In this document: in pieces, positions 19,700 to 30,823 of the stretch
How positions within the stretch are numbered: position 1 is the stretch's first letter
Layout of the letters: each line of letters begins with the position of its first letter
Assembly: GCA_963756455.1 (NCBI GenBank)
Contig: CAVWNC010000004.1
Span: forward strand, 824,074 to 888,073
Length of the DNA stretch: 64,000 nt
Direction of reading: 5' to 3'
Origin: an uncultured Acidobacteriota bacterium
GTDB lineage: Bacteria; Acidobacteriota; Thermoanaerobaculia; Multivoradales; UBA5704
Notes under the pieces: model-generated
The model's input: the letters and a program-made list of their open reading frames with translations, nothing else
What the model was told of the DNA's origin: nothing
Databases searched by the model: none
Translations under genes and position numbers: made by a program

Positions 19700-22416
19700 G
19701 GTCCGAGAGAGCGAGCGCCGAGAGCTTCGCCGCCCAGACTTGGGCGCTCGTGGTCGGCGTCTCCTCATACCAGGATCCGGGTCTGCCCGGGCTCTCTTCC
19801 CCCGCCGCCGACGCTCAGGCCCTCTCGGAGACGCTGAACGATCCTCGGGGATGTGCCGTGCCGCGGTCTCAGGTGCGCCGACTGCCGGCGACCGGCAATT
19901 CGGTTCGTCGCGGCGAGCTCCTAGAAGCGCTGGGCTGGCTCGCCGAGCGCGCATCGCCTCAAACCCTCCTCCTTTTCTACTTCGCCGGCCATGGCCTGCG
20001 CCGGGACGAACAGTTCTATCTCTGTACCAGCGAAACCTCCCTGGCAGCTCCGGAGGGCTCGGCGGTCAGTAGCGAGGACCTGGAGCGGTTGTTCCGCGCC
20101 AAGAGTCCCCGGGGTCTCCTGTTTCTTTTCGACTGCTGCCGGAGTGCCGGCTTCGCCGAAACCGCGCCTCAGATCTTTCGCCAGCTCTCGGGAGGAGATT
20201 TCCGGATCCTGTTGAGCGCCTCCCGGACGGACGAGCCCTCGTGGGAGCTTCGAGATGGCAAAGGGACTCTCTTCACCCACCATCTCCTCGCCACTCTCTC
20301 CGGGAGGGAGGTCGCGGGGGCCGCACCCGGGCCGATCTACTTCTCCGACCTTCTGCGGCACCTCCAGGACCGCCTTGCCGAGGATCTGGAATCGCTCTAC
20401 CCGAACCTCGCGCGGCAGGAGCCGGTCTTTGCCGGTGTGTTCTCTCGCGATCCGCTGCTTTTTCTTCACCAGCAGCTGACTCTCTCCCGAGTCGCCGTCC
20501 GGACCTCGCGCTACTCGCCCGCCTATCTCCGTCGCCTGGTAAAGCGGAGCATTGCCGGGCTCGCCGCTACGGTCTTCTTTTCGCTGGGGACCTTATATAC
20601 CTTCGCCGAACAGCACCAGTTCGCCCAGGTCGATGGCGGCGCCCTCGCGCTCTTCCAAGGCTACCCGGGACTTTCTTTTTTTGGCTTTCCCCGACGGATC
20701 TCTTCCCTCGATCTGGGACCGGGAGCCCTCCGTCCCGGAAGCCCCTTGAAGAAGCCGGGAGGAGCCCTCGTCGCCTCGCTCCAGCAGCCGGTGCTGCCCT
20801 CTCTTCTCGGCCAACTGGAGCCCCCATTTCGGGCACAGTATCTCTACTCACAAGGCTTCGACGACGACGCTCGTCGAGAGATCCGGGCCTTTCTGCACTC
20901 CGGCGCCGAGAGGAGCGAGTGGCATGGCGCGGCGGTCGGTCTCTTCGCGATTCTCGCCCAGGACTCCGACCGTCCGCTTCTTTCCTCTCTTCTCTCGCAC
21001 CCCAGAGACGACGTGCGTCTCCCTGCCTTCCTCGGGCTCTTGCGGCTCGACCGCAGGCGCGCTCTTCCGCTGGCGTCGGAGATCATCGCGAGCAGTGTGT
21101 CGAACGAGGCGAAGATCTTCGACGAGCTTTCCGAGCCCTGCGATCCGCTGACCCAGCGCTTCTTGATCGAGCGGCTTCACGGGGAGAGGTGGCTTCCCGA
21201 CGCCAAGGGGATCCTGGACGCCGCCCTGCGGACCCGCTGCCCTCTGACCCTCGCCGATGTGCTCGTCTATACCCTCGACAGCAACGACAGCCCGGGACGC
21301 CGCGACGTCGCCCTCTTTGCCTCGTTGCAGTACGGAGATCGCTTCGCCGCCGAGATCCGGGGCCTGCTCGCCAAGGCCTCGAGGCTGCCTCTCTCTTCTA
21401 TCTCCCAAGACCGGTTGGGGCACCTCTTCGAGGGCCTGCGGTTCGCTCATGGCACCGGATGTCCGTCCGAGGTTCTTCCCTTCGAGAGCTCCAAGGACGC
21501 AAAGCTCGCCTCTGCGGCGATCCTGACCGAGATCGTCCTCTGTCCGGGGCTCTCCGAGCCGGACCGCGCCCGGAAGCTCGCTTCGCTAGCCGCTCTCGCC
21601 CCCGGTCAAGACCCCAGTGTCCTGGGGACACTGCTACGGTTCCAGCTTCTCGACACGGTGGCCTTTCTGGCGGACCCTCGGCACGATCGGGCGCTCGCCT
21701 CTGTAATCGGGGATCTGGAGGACAGGGTCTTCACCCCGGTCCCCGGGGAGCGCTCGAGCTTTTCTCGTCTTCTGGCCTCGAGCGATGCTAGGGTCCGCGC
21801 CTGGTCTCTCCACCAGCTCCGGCGCCTGCATGCTCCGGTGCAGAATCTCTCTCGCTTCTTCTTCGATGCCGACCGCCAAGTCGAGGAAGAGGCCTATGCC
21901 TCGTTCTGGGAACAGGATGCTGCCGGCGCTCGCCGGGCACTTCTGGCGCGGATGAACGATCAGTCCGCCGACTTCCTGCCCGAGTTGCTGGGGAGAGTCC
22001 CCCTCGCCCGCGGAGATCTGGAAGCGTTTCGACCCTATCTCAAGGGTAGCCCCCTCGAGCGCCAGCACGCCTCGGCGGTGCTCGTCCTGCGCGGGAGCTT
22101 GGAGGATGCGGTCGGCCTCGTCGATTCGCCCGATCCACTCGTTCGGAGAGCCGCCCTGGACCATGTCGGCATCCGGTCGGATCTCGCGAGCGTCGCCGAG
22201 AGGGTTCGTCAGGCGCAGCAGCGACACCCGGATCGTCCTCATCCCATAGCTTCGTTGACAGGAGCGCTCGCCGAACGGACCCTCCTCGCGGGAGAGATTA
22301 CGCGACTCCCGGTCTGGGCGAAGCCCTGGCGGGGCGAGGTGCTGCGCGAGGCGCATTCCCCCGAGCCTGGTGCTCGGCTCTGGCTGGAGCAGGCGGTCGG
22401 ACGGCCGACTGGGTGA
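19690..22416 (+). CDS. Caspase (C14) + TM + HEAT-repeat-like protein
   Basis: WALVVGVSSY, YFAGHG, FDCCRS, LFTHHLL, QEP; TM IAGLAATVFFSLGTLY; helical repeats such as HPRDDVRLPA, DARVRAWS, DPLVRRAAL. Confidence 0.85.
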   Translation: MVLGSERASAESFAAQTWALVVGVSSYQDPGLPGLSSPAADAQALSETLNDPRGCAVPRSQVRRLPATGNSVRRGELLEALGWLAERASPQTLLLFYFAGHGLRRDEQFYLCTSETSLAAPEGSAVSSEDLERLFRAKSPRGLLFLFDCCRSAGFAETAPQIFRQLSGGDFRILLSASRTDEPSWELRDGKGTLFTHHLLATLSGREVAGAAPGPIYFSDLLRHLQDRLAEDLESLYPNLARQEPVFAGVFSRDPLLFLHQQLTLSRVAVRTSRYSPAYLRRLVKRSIAGLAATVFFSLGTLYTFAEQHQFAQVDGGALALFQGYPGLSFFGFPRRISSLDLGPGALRPGSPLKKPGGALVASLQQPVLPSLLGQLEPPFRAQYLYSQGFDDDARREIRAFLHSGAERSEWHGAAVGLFAILAQDSDRPLLSSLLSHPRDDVRLPAFLGLLRLDRRRALPLASEIIASSVSNEAKIFDELSEPCDPLTQRFLIERLHGERWLPDAKGILDAALRTRCPLTLADVLVYTLDSNDSPGRRDVALFASLQYGDRFAAEIRGLLAKASRLPLSSISQDRLGHLFEGLRFAHGTGCPSEVLPFESSKDAKLASAAILTEIVLCPGLSEPDRARKLASLAALAPGQDPSVLGTLLRFQLLDTVAFLADPRHDRALASVIGDLEDRVFTPVPGERSSFSRLLASSDARVRAWSLHQLRRLHAPVQNLSRFFFDADRQVEEEAYASFWEQDAAGARRALLARMNDQSADFLPELLGRVPLARGDLEAFRPYLKGSPLERQHASAVLVLRGSLEDAVGLVDSPDPLVRRAALDHVGIRSDLASVAERVRQAQQRHPDRPHPIASLTGALAERTLLAGEITRLPVWAKPWRGEVLREAHSPEPGARLWLEQAVGRPTG

Positions 22417-22750
22417 GCCGCTGGAGAAAAGTAGATTCGGGGAAAAACTCTCTGAGAGGTCAGGAGGGCTCAGATAATCGATTCCGGCTTCGGCTCTCTT
22501 TGGAGCCTCCAGAACTCAGTGACGAGCTTCTTTGTCCTCTCCGGCGCTTGACGTTTGGCGGCCAACCGCAGCAGTTGCCAGGGACCACTTGATGAACGGC
22601 TCGCCTACTACGGTGCCTCGGAAGCCGGGATAAAATATTGAAAAGACTAATAGTTACGGAAGTGCCAAGTGCCTTTCCGTCGGTCGTAATCCCTGCGATG
22701 ACCGTTGAAGCTCACGCCCGGCGCGCAAGACCATTGCACTCTGCGAGATA

Positions 22751-25700
22751 ATGTTCGACGGAGTGAGTACCAACGACGAGCCTGGCCGGCTACCTGCCGC
22801 CGCCCCAGAAGAGCACAGGCCGAGCGCCGCAGATACCCCTGTCGTCCCCGCGGGAACGTCGGGCGGAGCTCTGGCGTCTCCCGACGAAGACGCCACTTTA
22901 GAGCTCGAAGCGCTCGCCGATAAAGCCCGTTCGCACCGCGAGGCGGCTGGCGAATTCATAGACGCCTCCGTAACACTGCCCGCCCAAGCCACAGCCACCG
23001 CGCTGCGCCGGAGGCCGGCACCTGCCGAAGGCGAACGGGCCGCGGTCGTCGGATACCTCGGTCAGTACGAGTTCGCCGCCGCACGAACCCTACAGGCTCT
23101 ATTGGATGGCACCTTGGTCTCGGTGCGTGTGGCGGATATCAAAGCCGGGCAGATCGACGACTTCCAGGTGCAGTCGACCGAGCTCGTGGATGCCCATCAG
23201 GTCAAGTGGAGCCTTCACCCCGGAAGCATAGGTTACGCGGAGTTCGTCCGCGACACGGAGGGTCGGACGCGCTACATGCGGCAACTGGCCGATGGTTGGG
23301 AGCGACTCACTGCACTTCACCGCCCGCGGCGAGTCGTAGTGCATTTCGTTACCAACAGCCTCCCCTCGATCGGTGCCAGCCAGTCGATCCCACGGCCGGC
23401 CGGCCCTCGGGCCGATGGGGCTGTCCGGACCCGGAGCTTCGCCGCCTTCCTGGCCGAGGCGTGGAAGCCCGCCGTCGAGACGGCACGTGCGGGGGCCGAT
23501 CCGGAGGGCGTGGTACCCGCGCACTGGGCTCCCGCCATGGCGGCGCTCGTTGACGCGAGCGGTCTCGACGCCGATGCGTGGCGCCGTTTCCTTGCCGACT
23601 GCGAGCTCGAGTTTGGTGTGCCGAGCCTTGAAGCCAGAATCGCGTCCGCGTTGGGGACCGACACCGAGCGGGCGGTGCTCCGCGAAGATGCCAACCGATT
23701 GGCGCATGCGTTCATGCAACTCGTCGCGCGCCCCGACCGTCATATCGAGTTCACTCGCGAGCAGCTACTTGACGAACTCGGCTGGCGATACCGCGCAGAA
23801 TTCAAGTCTGAGCACGAGTTCCCCGACCCCGAGATCCCGTATCGGAACATCTCAGAGACGGTGCGCGAGGTCACCACCGCTATCGAACAGTTCACGGGCG
23901 GCTACCTCGCCGTCATCGGGTCGCCGGGGTCGGGGAAGTCGACGCTCCTCACGCGAACACTGCGCGAAAGCGCGTACCGCGTAATTCGCTATTACGCGTA
24001 CGTACGCGATGCAGTCGGCGGGAGTCTCCGCCGAGGCGAGGCGGTCAACTTCTTCCACGACCTGACAGTCGCGCTCGACCGGACGGGATTCCGCGTCGGC
24101 ACCACTCTGCCCGTCGACAACCTCGACCTCCTCACGGTCCGCGTGTATGCGCAGCTCGCGCAGGCTCACGCGGAATGGGCGGGGGGAGGCAAGCGCACGA
24201 TCGTCCTCGTCGATGGGCTTGATCACATTCCTCGCGAGCAGCAGCCGACGCAGTCGCTATTAAACCACCTGCCCCACCCGGAAGATGTGCCGGGCGGCGT
24301 GCTCTTCGTGTTGGGCACCCAGACGGACCGCCTTGAGGGCATCTCGCCGCGCATCCGCGAACAGCTCGATGAGTTGGGGCGACGCATCACGATGCGCCCC
24401 CTCGAGCGCCAAGATGTGCTCGATATTGTCGAGTCAGCGACCGATCTGGCCCCCGCACCCACCCAGGCCGAGCGTGAGCGTATCTTCGAGCTCAGCGCCG
24501 GGCATCCCCTTTCCCTCAACTACATTATCAACCGTCTGCGCCACGCTTCCGATACCGCGGTCGTGGACACGCTCAATGATGTCGAACCGTTCCGCGAGGG
24601 AATCGACCGACAGTACGCCACCCTTTGGGGCACCGCCGAGGACGATGTCAACCTCGCGCGCCTGCTCGCTCTGCTCGCCCGCGCGCGCGGTCCCGTACGA
24701 CTCGATTGGTTGCGCCGCTGGGCACCACACCAAGCGCTGCACACCGTCACGACGCGCCTCGCCTACCTGTTTCGTCAGGAACATGGCGGTCGTTGGGCGT
24801 TCTTCCACAACAGCTTCCGCGCCTTCCTCATTGAGCGCACCCGCGGGATGCCCGCCCTCGGTGGCGACATTGACCTGTTTATCGAGCTAGCCGATCGCTG
24901 CGCGGCGACGGATGCTCGCGAGCCTGAGAGCGCTGACGAGCTCTACTATCGTGCGCGGACTGGCGACACCGCGCGTGTCCTGGGTCTCGCTGACCCCGAG
25001 ATATTCCGCACGCAGTTCGTGGCTGGGCGGTCCGCGACAATTATCCGTGACGATCTCGCCTTAGCTCTGGATGCCGCCGTGATGAGGCGCGACATCGTCG
25101 CGCTCACGCGGGTTCTGCTGTGCAGCGGGGAGTTCGCCCAGCGGGAGTATTACGCGAAGCGGCTGCCGCTTGCCGAGGCGTGGCTTGAACTCGGCGATAT
25201 CGACCTGGCGCTCGGCGCGCTCCGAGAGGGTGCCTCCCTGCGCACGTCGCGGGGGGCTGCGTTGCGCGCGGCGGCTGCGCTCGACACACGAGGCTTCTCC
25301 TTGGAAGGGCGCGAGGTCTTCACGCTCGCAGAGCCGCTCGACGTGCTCCGCGGAACCTCAGAGAGGACTCGTGCACCTCGCGACGAGATCGACCTTCTCC
25401 ATGCCTGGATCACCGTCGCGCCCCGCTTCCGGTCGGTGCCCGTGCTCCTCGAGAGGATCGAACACGCACAAGCGGCTGCCGATGAGGTGTGGCCACGCGC
25501 CGAGCAGAACCAGACCGACCCAGACGAGACCAAGGCTCGCCAAAATCGGCTATTGCAAGGACTCGCGGTCGCCCTTGATGAACTGGAACGGCGGGAAGAT
25601 GCCGACGCGGTACGCGCGACACTCCGCGGCCGGGACGGGGCGGTCGGCTGGTGGTTCTGGTCGCAAGCGCGGGGATGCTACGATGCACTCGCCGCTGGCG

Positions 25701-28700
25701 ACCGGTCGGGGGCAGAGGCTAGGTTCGGCGTCTTGCGCGAAGCGTTTGAGCAGGGTGAGCTCCCGGAGGAAGTCCTCGAGCCGGCGGCACGCATCGCGAT
25801 GGCGGGAGGCTACCTCCGGATCGCATGCGACGCCGATGCAGCGCGGCGCGTGCTCGGGAACGTCGGGCAGCCGGCCCCTGTTACTGAAACGTACGGGCAC
25901 GGTGAGGGCTGGAACCCGTTCCATGAGCTCTTCTCGCTTAACCGGGCACTCGGTGCCCTCGGTGACCAGCGGCCACTTCATGAGATCGTGCCTGACGTGC
26001 CAGCTGGGTCGGCGTCAATGCAAGGTCGGAGGGAGGAAGGCACTGCACTCGTCAGAAAGTTCGAGCGCGGGGTTGTGCATCTCGGCCGTCTGGCCGGACG
26101 CATCTGGGTGGGAGAGCGCTTAACGCCACCCGACTTCGAGCTCTCCGTGCGGCCGCTCGTCCGCCTTTTCCCCGATCACCCAAATCTGGTGAGCGGGGCC
26201 TACGTCGCACTCGCTGCGCGCGGCGAGTTCTACACGCGCCTCGTTCAGGTTGCGTCGGACCAGGGGGCGGAGTGCGTAGCTGTACTTCAGCGACTGTTTG
26301 AGGCCGAGTGGTCCGACGAGGCGCGGCGCAACGCATGGCCGGACTCTGTCGTGCGCGTGATCCTCACCGAGTCGCTCTCGGCCGGCGCGCCTGCGGACTG
26401 GGTGCGGAGTTGGCTCGCGCAAATCGAGCCGACGATGTTCCGCGGTGAAGAGCTCGAGACCAGCCTGACCGACGGCGTTGCGCAGGTACGCGCGTGGGTG
26501 GCCTCTGGAGACATCGTCGCGGCGCGAATAACCCTCGAGCGTGTTCTTCGCGCAACCTTCGGGAACGAGTCGAAAGACGGCCAGTTGACCACATGTCTCA
26601 AGTGGGCGGTCCACGCCAACCATGAGGACCCTGCGCGCACACCGGAGCGGCTTGGGCAGATGGCTGCAGCAATTCTCTCCATCGCCGGTACTGAGGCGCA
26701 GGGCTACGTCGGGCCGCACTTCCTTGAGGCGGGCGTGGCAGCGGGAGCTCGGCCAGCCCGTGCCGTTGTCGAATGGGCGCTGAGGACCGGCGTGCAGAGG
26801 TGGGCGGAAGCGCTGACGATCCTAATCGACGGGTTCGCGACGCGCGCCCCGGTCGCAGCGGGGGCGCTCTCTGCGTGCTACCGCTCGCTGGTGCTTCCAT
26901 TCGCGCGGGCTGCGGATGTCGACTCCGTCGCGCATCTGAGCGCAGCACTCCGCACGGCAGAGGACACGGAGGAGTTCGACGCACTGGCAGAGGCCATCGA
27001 AGTCGTGGCGCTTGGCTCGACGCGCCCGGCGCTTCGTGAGGCAGTGGCAGGACACCCGGAAGATGCCGCAGAACTCCTGCGTGACGCGATGGCGGGAGAC
27101 GCCAGGGCTCCCAGGCAGATCGTCGACGCGTTCGAGGGTTTGTCACTCACGTTGGGCGAGCTGCAGGCGCGTGTTCAGAGCGTCGCGGATGTCGAGGACC
27201 TCGCCCAGCGGCTCAAGCCGAATGCGTACTTGTACCAGTGGGAGCTCATCCTCGCCCCGTTCCTCGCCAGAGCGGCGGCGGACGAGCTGATCGCCACGGC
27301 TGCTGCGATACCGCAGAACGAGTGGAGAGTCCTGGCCACTATCGCCGAGCGGCTCCTCGACCTGGGCGACTCACGAGCAGGGGCGGTGGTGGCACACGTT
27401 CTCCGAAGCTCGCGAGCCGCCGGGTGGTGGACGCACTACGACGGCGGCAGCCGCCTTACCGCGTATGAGCTCCTAAACCGCGTCTCTGCGGAGAATGGTC
27501 GAGATGCGGCGTGGCAAGCCCTGCGAAACGATCTCGCCGCTGGCGAAGTGGGGCCGATTGACGTCTTCCGCGAATGGCACCGCGTGGTACCGGTACTAGC
27601 GCCTGGTACGCCGGCGGTAAATATCTGGGAGGTGGTCTCGCAGCACGTGGCGGCTCTCGTTGCGTGCGCGCCGCAGGGCGAGCCGCTCGTGGTCCCAGCG
27701 GCGGAGGATCCCAGCAACCCCGCGGCGGCGGCCGAGGCGGTGTGCGAGCTCGTGGCCAGCTATCTCGATCACCATGCCCTCGCGCTTTCGCAGGGGGCAC
27801 AACAGTTTTTCACGGACCGGTTGCTCGCCGCGGATGCAGTCGCAGAAGCGACACTGGCAGCGCGGCTTTCGGATATTGACACCCCGAAAAATGGTGCGCT
27901 CCTAGTCCTGCGCGCCGTTACCCGCGTGCATGGCACGGTGCCTTCGTCGATGCAAGAAGCCTTGCACGCGCTGCGCGAAGCGCCGAGTTTTCCCGACCGT
28001 CGGATTGCTCTCGCGCTCAGCGTCCTTCACGAGGGAGCCGGCAACGTCGACGGCGCTGGGATAGCTAGGGTCGTTCCTCCGCCGGGGATCGTGCGGCCGC
28101 TCCCGCCGGTCTTCAGTCTCGTGCATCCGCCGGCACCGGCACAACGCAACCGACCGTTGCCCGGGCGAGGTGAGATGCTCGAGCCGGCCGAGGATGCGGC
28201 GGCCCTCGTGTCGTTGTTCCGCCCGGAGCTCGATCTCATCGCGGAATGGGCTGGCGTGCAGCCGGAGGCGCTGTACCAGTACGTCGCCGATCGCGCCATC
28301 GCCAGCCTCCCTGAGGGTAGCCGAGACTACGCGTTTAATGAGGAGCCGGCGCTCCGTAACGAGATGAGTCGCCTTGGGCTCGAGGTCACATACCGGCGCC
28401 CGCGCCCACGTCGAGTTGAGCGAGCGATGGCCGAGGCAATAGCCATGCTTGTCGACCACGGCTGGCTCGGGGAGCGATACCTGCCGGCGCTCGACCGGCT
28501 CTTCCGAAGTGCCGATCCGCACTTCCTCGTCGTGCGGCCTACACGACGGCCTTCGATCGTAGCCCCTATCCGCGAGCGCGCGGACGCTCAGTATGTTGGA
28601 AGCGCCTGGACGGCAGACGTGAGATCGGACGACGCGGTCACTGGGCGCACGATGCCAACCGTGTCGAGTCTGTCAGTCGATCGCAAACGAGGAGAAATGA

Positions 28701-29389
28701 CCGAATCGCAGCCGTCCAATGCATTTAACGACGCTGCTGTTGCCGATAGATCGGCGGGAACTGCCGACGATGGCTGGATCGTGCTGGCGGAGGAGACGTG
28801 GCTTCGGTGGCTCGACTGGAAACAAGCCACGGAGACACGTGTCGCGGCCCGACTTGAGCCCAAGGTTTGGGCATCGATCGATCCCGAGGAAGCTTCCGAG
28901 AAGGCCGCGGACCCGGACGACATCAACGGTGATGCCGCGGCGGGCCAAGCGCTTGCAATACACGTCGCCGAGTTCTCGCACCTTACAGCGGACGAGTACC
29001 TCATTCGCGCCCGCGCCTCCTACTCGATCGTCGTCCGCAATCTCACTTATCGCTTCGAGACGCCGGGAGGGGGATGGCTCGGCCTCAATCCATCTTTGGC
29101 CGAACACCTTGGGTGGCGGCCTGCCCCGGACGGTCTGTTTCGCTGGATCGATGCAGATGGAAAGATCGTCGCGGAGTCCGTCTGGTGGCAGGACGGCTTC
29201 GCGCAACAGTGGCCTCCCCTCTTCGACGATGAGGTCGGTTATGGATGGCTGGTGCGCGTCTCCGCCAGCGGTTGGCAGAACCTATCGACCGCTGTCGGCG
29301 CATGCGTTGACTGGCGGCGGGTTGCCCGGCTTGCCCAAAAACAGCCGCCGAAAAGCGTGGAGGAGTGGACTCCAGTCTCCATCGCATAG
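22751..29389 (+). CDS. Avs (AVAST)-like STAND ATPase with N-terminal PD-(D/E)xK nuclease and long helical sensor region
   Basis: AVVGYLGQY..GQIDDF..HQVKWS nuclease motif; GSPGSGKST; VLVDGLDH; GHPLSL; FFHNSFRAF; 2212 aa; start codon uncertain. Confidence 0.8.
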   Translation: MFDGVSTNDEPGRLPAAAPEEHRPSAADTPVVPAGTSGGALASPDEDATLELEALADKARSHREAAGEFIDASVTLPAQATATALRRRPAPAEGERAAVVGYLGQYEFAAARTLQALLDGTLVSVRVADIKAGQIDDFQVQSTELVDAHQVKWSLHPGSIGYAEFVRDTEGRTRYMRQLADGWERLTALHRPRRVVVHFVTNSLPSIGASQSIPRPAGPRADGAVRTRSFAAFLAEAWKPAVETARAGADPEGVVPAHWAPAMAALVDASGLDADAWRRFLADCELEFGVPSLEARIASALGTDTERAVLREDANRLAHAFMQLVARPDRHIEFTREQLLDELGWRYRAEFKSEHEFPDPEIPYRNISETVREVTTAIEQFTGGYLAVIGSPGSGKSTLLTRTLRESAYRVIRYYAYVRDAVGGSLRRGEAVNFFHDLTVALDRTGFRVGTTLPVDNLDLLTVRVYAQLAQAHAEWAGGGKRTIVLVDGLDHIPREQQPTQSLLNHLPHPEDVPGGVLFVLGTQTDRLEGISPRIREQLDELGRRITMRPLERQDVLDIVESATDLAPAPTQAERERIFELSAGHPLSLNYIINRLRHASDTAVVDTLNDVEPFREGIDRQYATLWGTAEDDVNLARLLALLARARGPVRLDWLRRWAPHQALHTVTTRLAYLFRQEHGGRWAFFHNSFRAFLIERTRGMPALGGDIDLFIELADRCAATDAREPESADELYYRARTGDTARVLGLADPEIFRTQFVAGRSATIIRDDLALALDAAVMRRDIVALTRVLLCSGEFAQREYYAKRLPLAEAWLELGDIDLALGALREGASLRTSRGAALRAAAALDTRGFSLEGREVFTLAEPLDVLRGTSERTRAPRDEIDLLHAWITVAPRFRSVPVLLERIEHAQAAADEVWPRAEQNQTDPDETKARQNRLLQGLAVALDELERREDADAVRATLRGRDGAVGWWFWSQARGCYDALAAGDRSGAEARFGVLREAFEQGELPEEVLEPAARIAMAGGYLRIACDADAARRVLGNVGQPAPVTETYGHGEGWNPFHELFSLNRALGALGDQRPLHEIVPDVPAGSASMQGRREEGTALVRKFERGVVHLGRLAGRIWVGERLTPPDFELSVRPLVRLFPDHPNLVSGAYVALAARGEFYTRLVQVASDQGAECVAVLQRLFEAEWSDEARRNAWPDSVVRVILTESLSAGAPADWVRSWLAQIEPTMFRGEELETSLTDGVAQVRAWVASGDIVAARITLERVLRATFGNESKDGQLTTCLKWAVHANHEDPARTPERLGQMAAAILSIAGTEAQGYVGPHFLEAGVAAGARPARAVVEWALRTGVQRWAEALTILIDGFATRAPVAAGALSACYRSLVLPFARAADVDSVAHLSAALRTAEDTEEFDALAEAIEVVALGSTRPALREAVAGHPEDAAELLRDAMAGDARAPRQIVDAFEGLSLTLGELQARVQSVADVEDLAQRLKPNAYLYQWELILAPFLARAAADELIATAAAIPQNEWRVLATIAERLLDLGDSRAGAVVAHVLRSSRAAGWWTHYDGGSRLTAYELLNRVSAENGRDAAWQALRNDLAAGEVGPIDVFREWHRVVPVLAPGTPAVNIWEVVSQHVAALVACAPQGEPLVVPAAEDPSNPAAAAEAVCELVASYLDHHALALSQGAQQFFTDRLLAADAVAEATLAARLSDIDTPKNGALLVLRAVTRVHGTVPSSMQEALHALREAPSFPDRRIALALSVLHEGAGNVDGAGIARVVPPPGIVRPLPPVFSLVHPPAPAQRNRPLPGRGEMLEPAEDAAALVSLFRPELDLIAEWAGVQPEALYQYVADRAIASLPEGSRDYAFNEEPALRNEMSRLGLEVTYRRPRPRRVERAMAEAIAMLVDHGWLGERYLPALDRLFRSADPHFLVVRPTRRPSIVAPIRERADAQYVGSAWTADVRSDDAVTGRTMPTVSSLSVDRKRGEMTESQPSNAFNDAAVADRSAGTADDGWIVLAEETWLRWLDWKQATETRVAARLEPKVWASIDPEEASEKAADPDDINGDAAAGQALAIHVAEFSHLTADEYLIRARASYSIVVRNLTYRFETPGGGWLGLNPSLAEHLGWRPAPDGLFRWIDADGKIVAESVWWQDGFAQQWPPLFDDEVGYGWLVRVSASGWQNLSTAVGACVDWRRVARLAQKQPPKSVEEWTPVSIA

Positions 29390-30016
29390 GCACAGCAGGA
29401 CGGAGCCTGAACTCGCGATCCTCCGTTACCCAATTTTTTAGGGAAGTACTACGCCTCCTCGGCTTGGCCCCAGGCTAGCACCTCCCACAACCATGCGCGG
29501 AGAGTTCTAACTCGCGCGCAGTTGGTCCATCAACGCGCGGAGCCCGTGGTCGCTTGGCAGCGGCAGCCGGCGGGCATCTACGGCTTCGGACGGGACCCCT
29601 CTTGGTCCGCCGAGAGCCGCTGCCACTGCGGCACTGTTGGCGCCGCTTATGAGGAAGAGGAGAACAGCCAGGTAGCAAAACGGTTTCTGTCACATGGTCG
29701 AATCTCCGAAAGGACGATCAGTTCGCCTTCCTCAATACGTCGGCCCTCCGCGATCAGACTCAACCTCTCTACGGAGGAGGACCTCGAAGAGCAGGAGGGT
29801 GAAGCCAGTCGCCGCCTGGCCGATCAGAGTTCGATAGAAAACGGCCTATTCCTGGCGAGCGAACCTCCCCAAGCGAAGTACGAGAAACATCTCATCATCG
29901 CCTCAGTCTTATCGCACTTTAATCAGACCTAGAGCAGGCGCCAGCCCAGCCGAAGAATGGTATGGGTCGTCGCGCTCCAACAAGCGAGGTCGAAAGCAAG
30001 CGCCAAATGTATGCTG

Positions 30017-30823
30017 TCAATGATTGATAGTACCTGCGCCAAGGTTGCCTGCGAACAACTCCTCTTCCTCCTCAACCTCCGTTCCCAGCGCCTTACACCG
30101 TCGCCCCGAGAAGCCCCAGACTACCTCGGTCCCTATAAAAAAATCGTCCACCAGCTCGCATCGTACGCCCGCGCGTTCCAGATCGTTTCTTAGCTGGCTC
30201 AAAATCTTCTGTAGACGGCGGTAGAGAGGCTTCGATTCGAGGCCCATTCGGCGAGCAATGTCCACCCCTTTAGTACCGTACCAAAACCTCATCTTGAGGA
30301 TCGACTGGTCTTCCTCGGGTAAATTTTTCAACATGCCCCTGAGCGCGGCATAAACACGAACTCGGCTTTCGCGCAGTTCGCGCTCGAAGATTCGCCCTTC
30401 GGGCCGATCCTCGGGCGCCAAGAGATCCTTAAGTTTCTCTTCCCCCTCTATGCGCCGCGAGGCCTTCTTCGGGAGCCGCTTCCAGATCTCCTCAAGCTCC
30501 TGTCGAGACTCCGTCACCCGGTGGTTAATACGCAGGACTTCGGATGCCTCGTCCAAGGTCAGCCCCTCATCGGACACGAGACCCTCGAGCTTGACCGCCA
30601 CCTGCCCCAGCCTTATCGCCTCGGCAGAGGGGCGCCGCCGTCCCCAGTGCCGAGCTCGAAAGTCCTGGAAGGCCGTTGTGGCGACAATGGTCAGAAAGGT
30701 CTTTATACTAGTCGCTCCCTTAAACTTTCGAAAAATTGCGTAGTTATCCTCAACGAGCTTCATCTTGAGCTCCGAGCAGAACTCTTCCTCCTCGTCGATG
30801 CTTGCGTGGTGACGTCGTGCAAT
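30017..30823 (-). pseudogene. ECF-like sigma-70 factor lacking its native N-terminus
   Basis: LVEDNYAIFRKFKG..SIKTFLTIV, WGRRRPSAEAIRLG, region 4 LPEEDQSILKMRF..IARRMG..LYRR. Confidence 0.7.

Noticed and set aside
29522-29932. 136-aa ORF or anti-sigma gene next to the sigma remnant
   Set aside because: No recognisable motif, RBS or zinc-finger; cannot be supported
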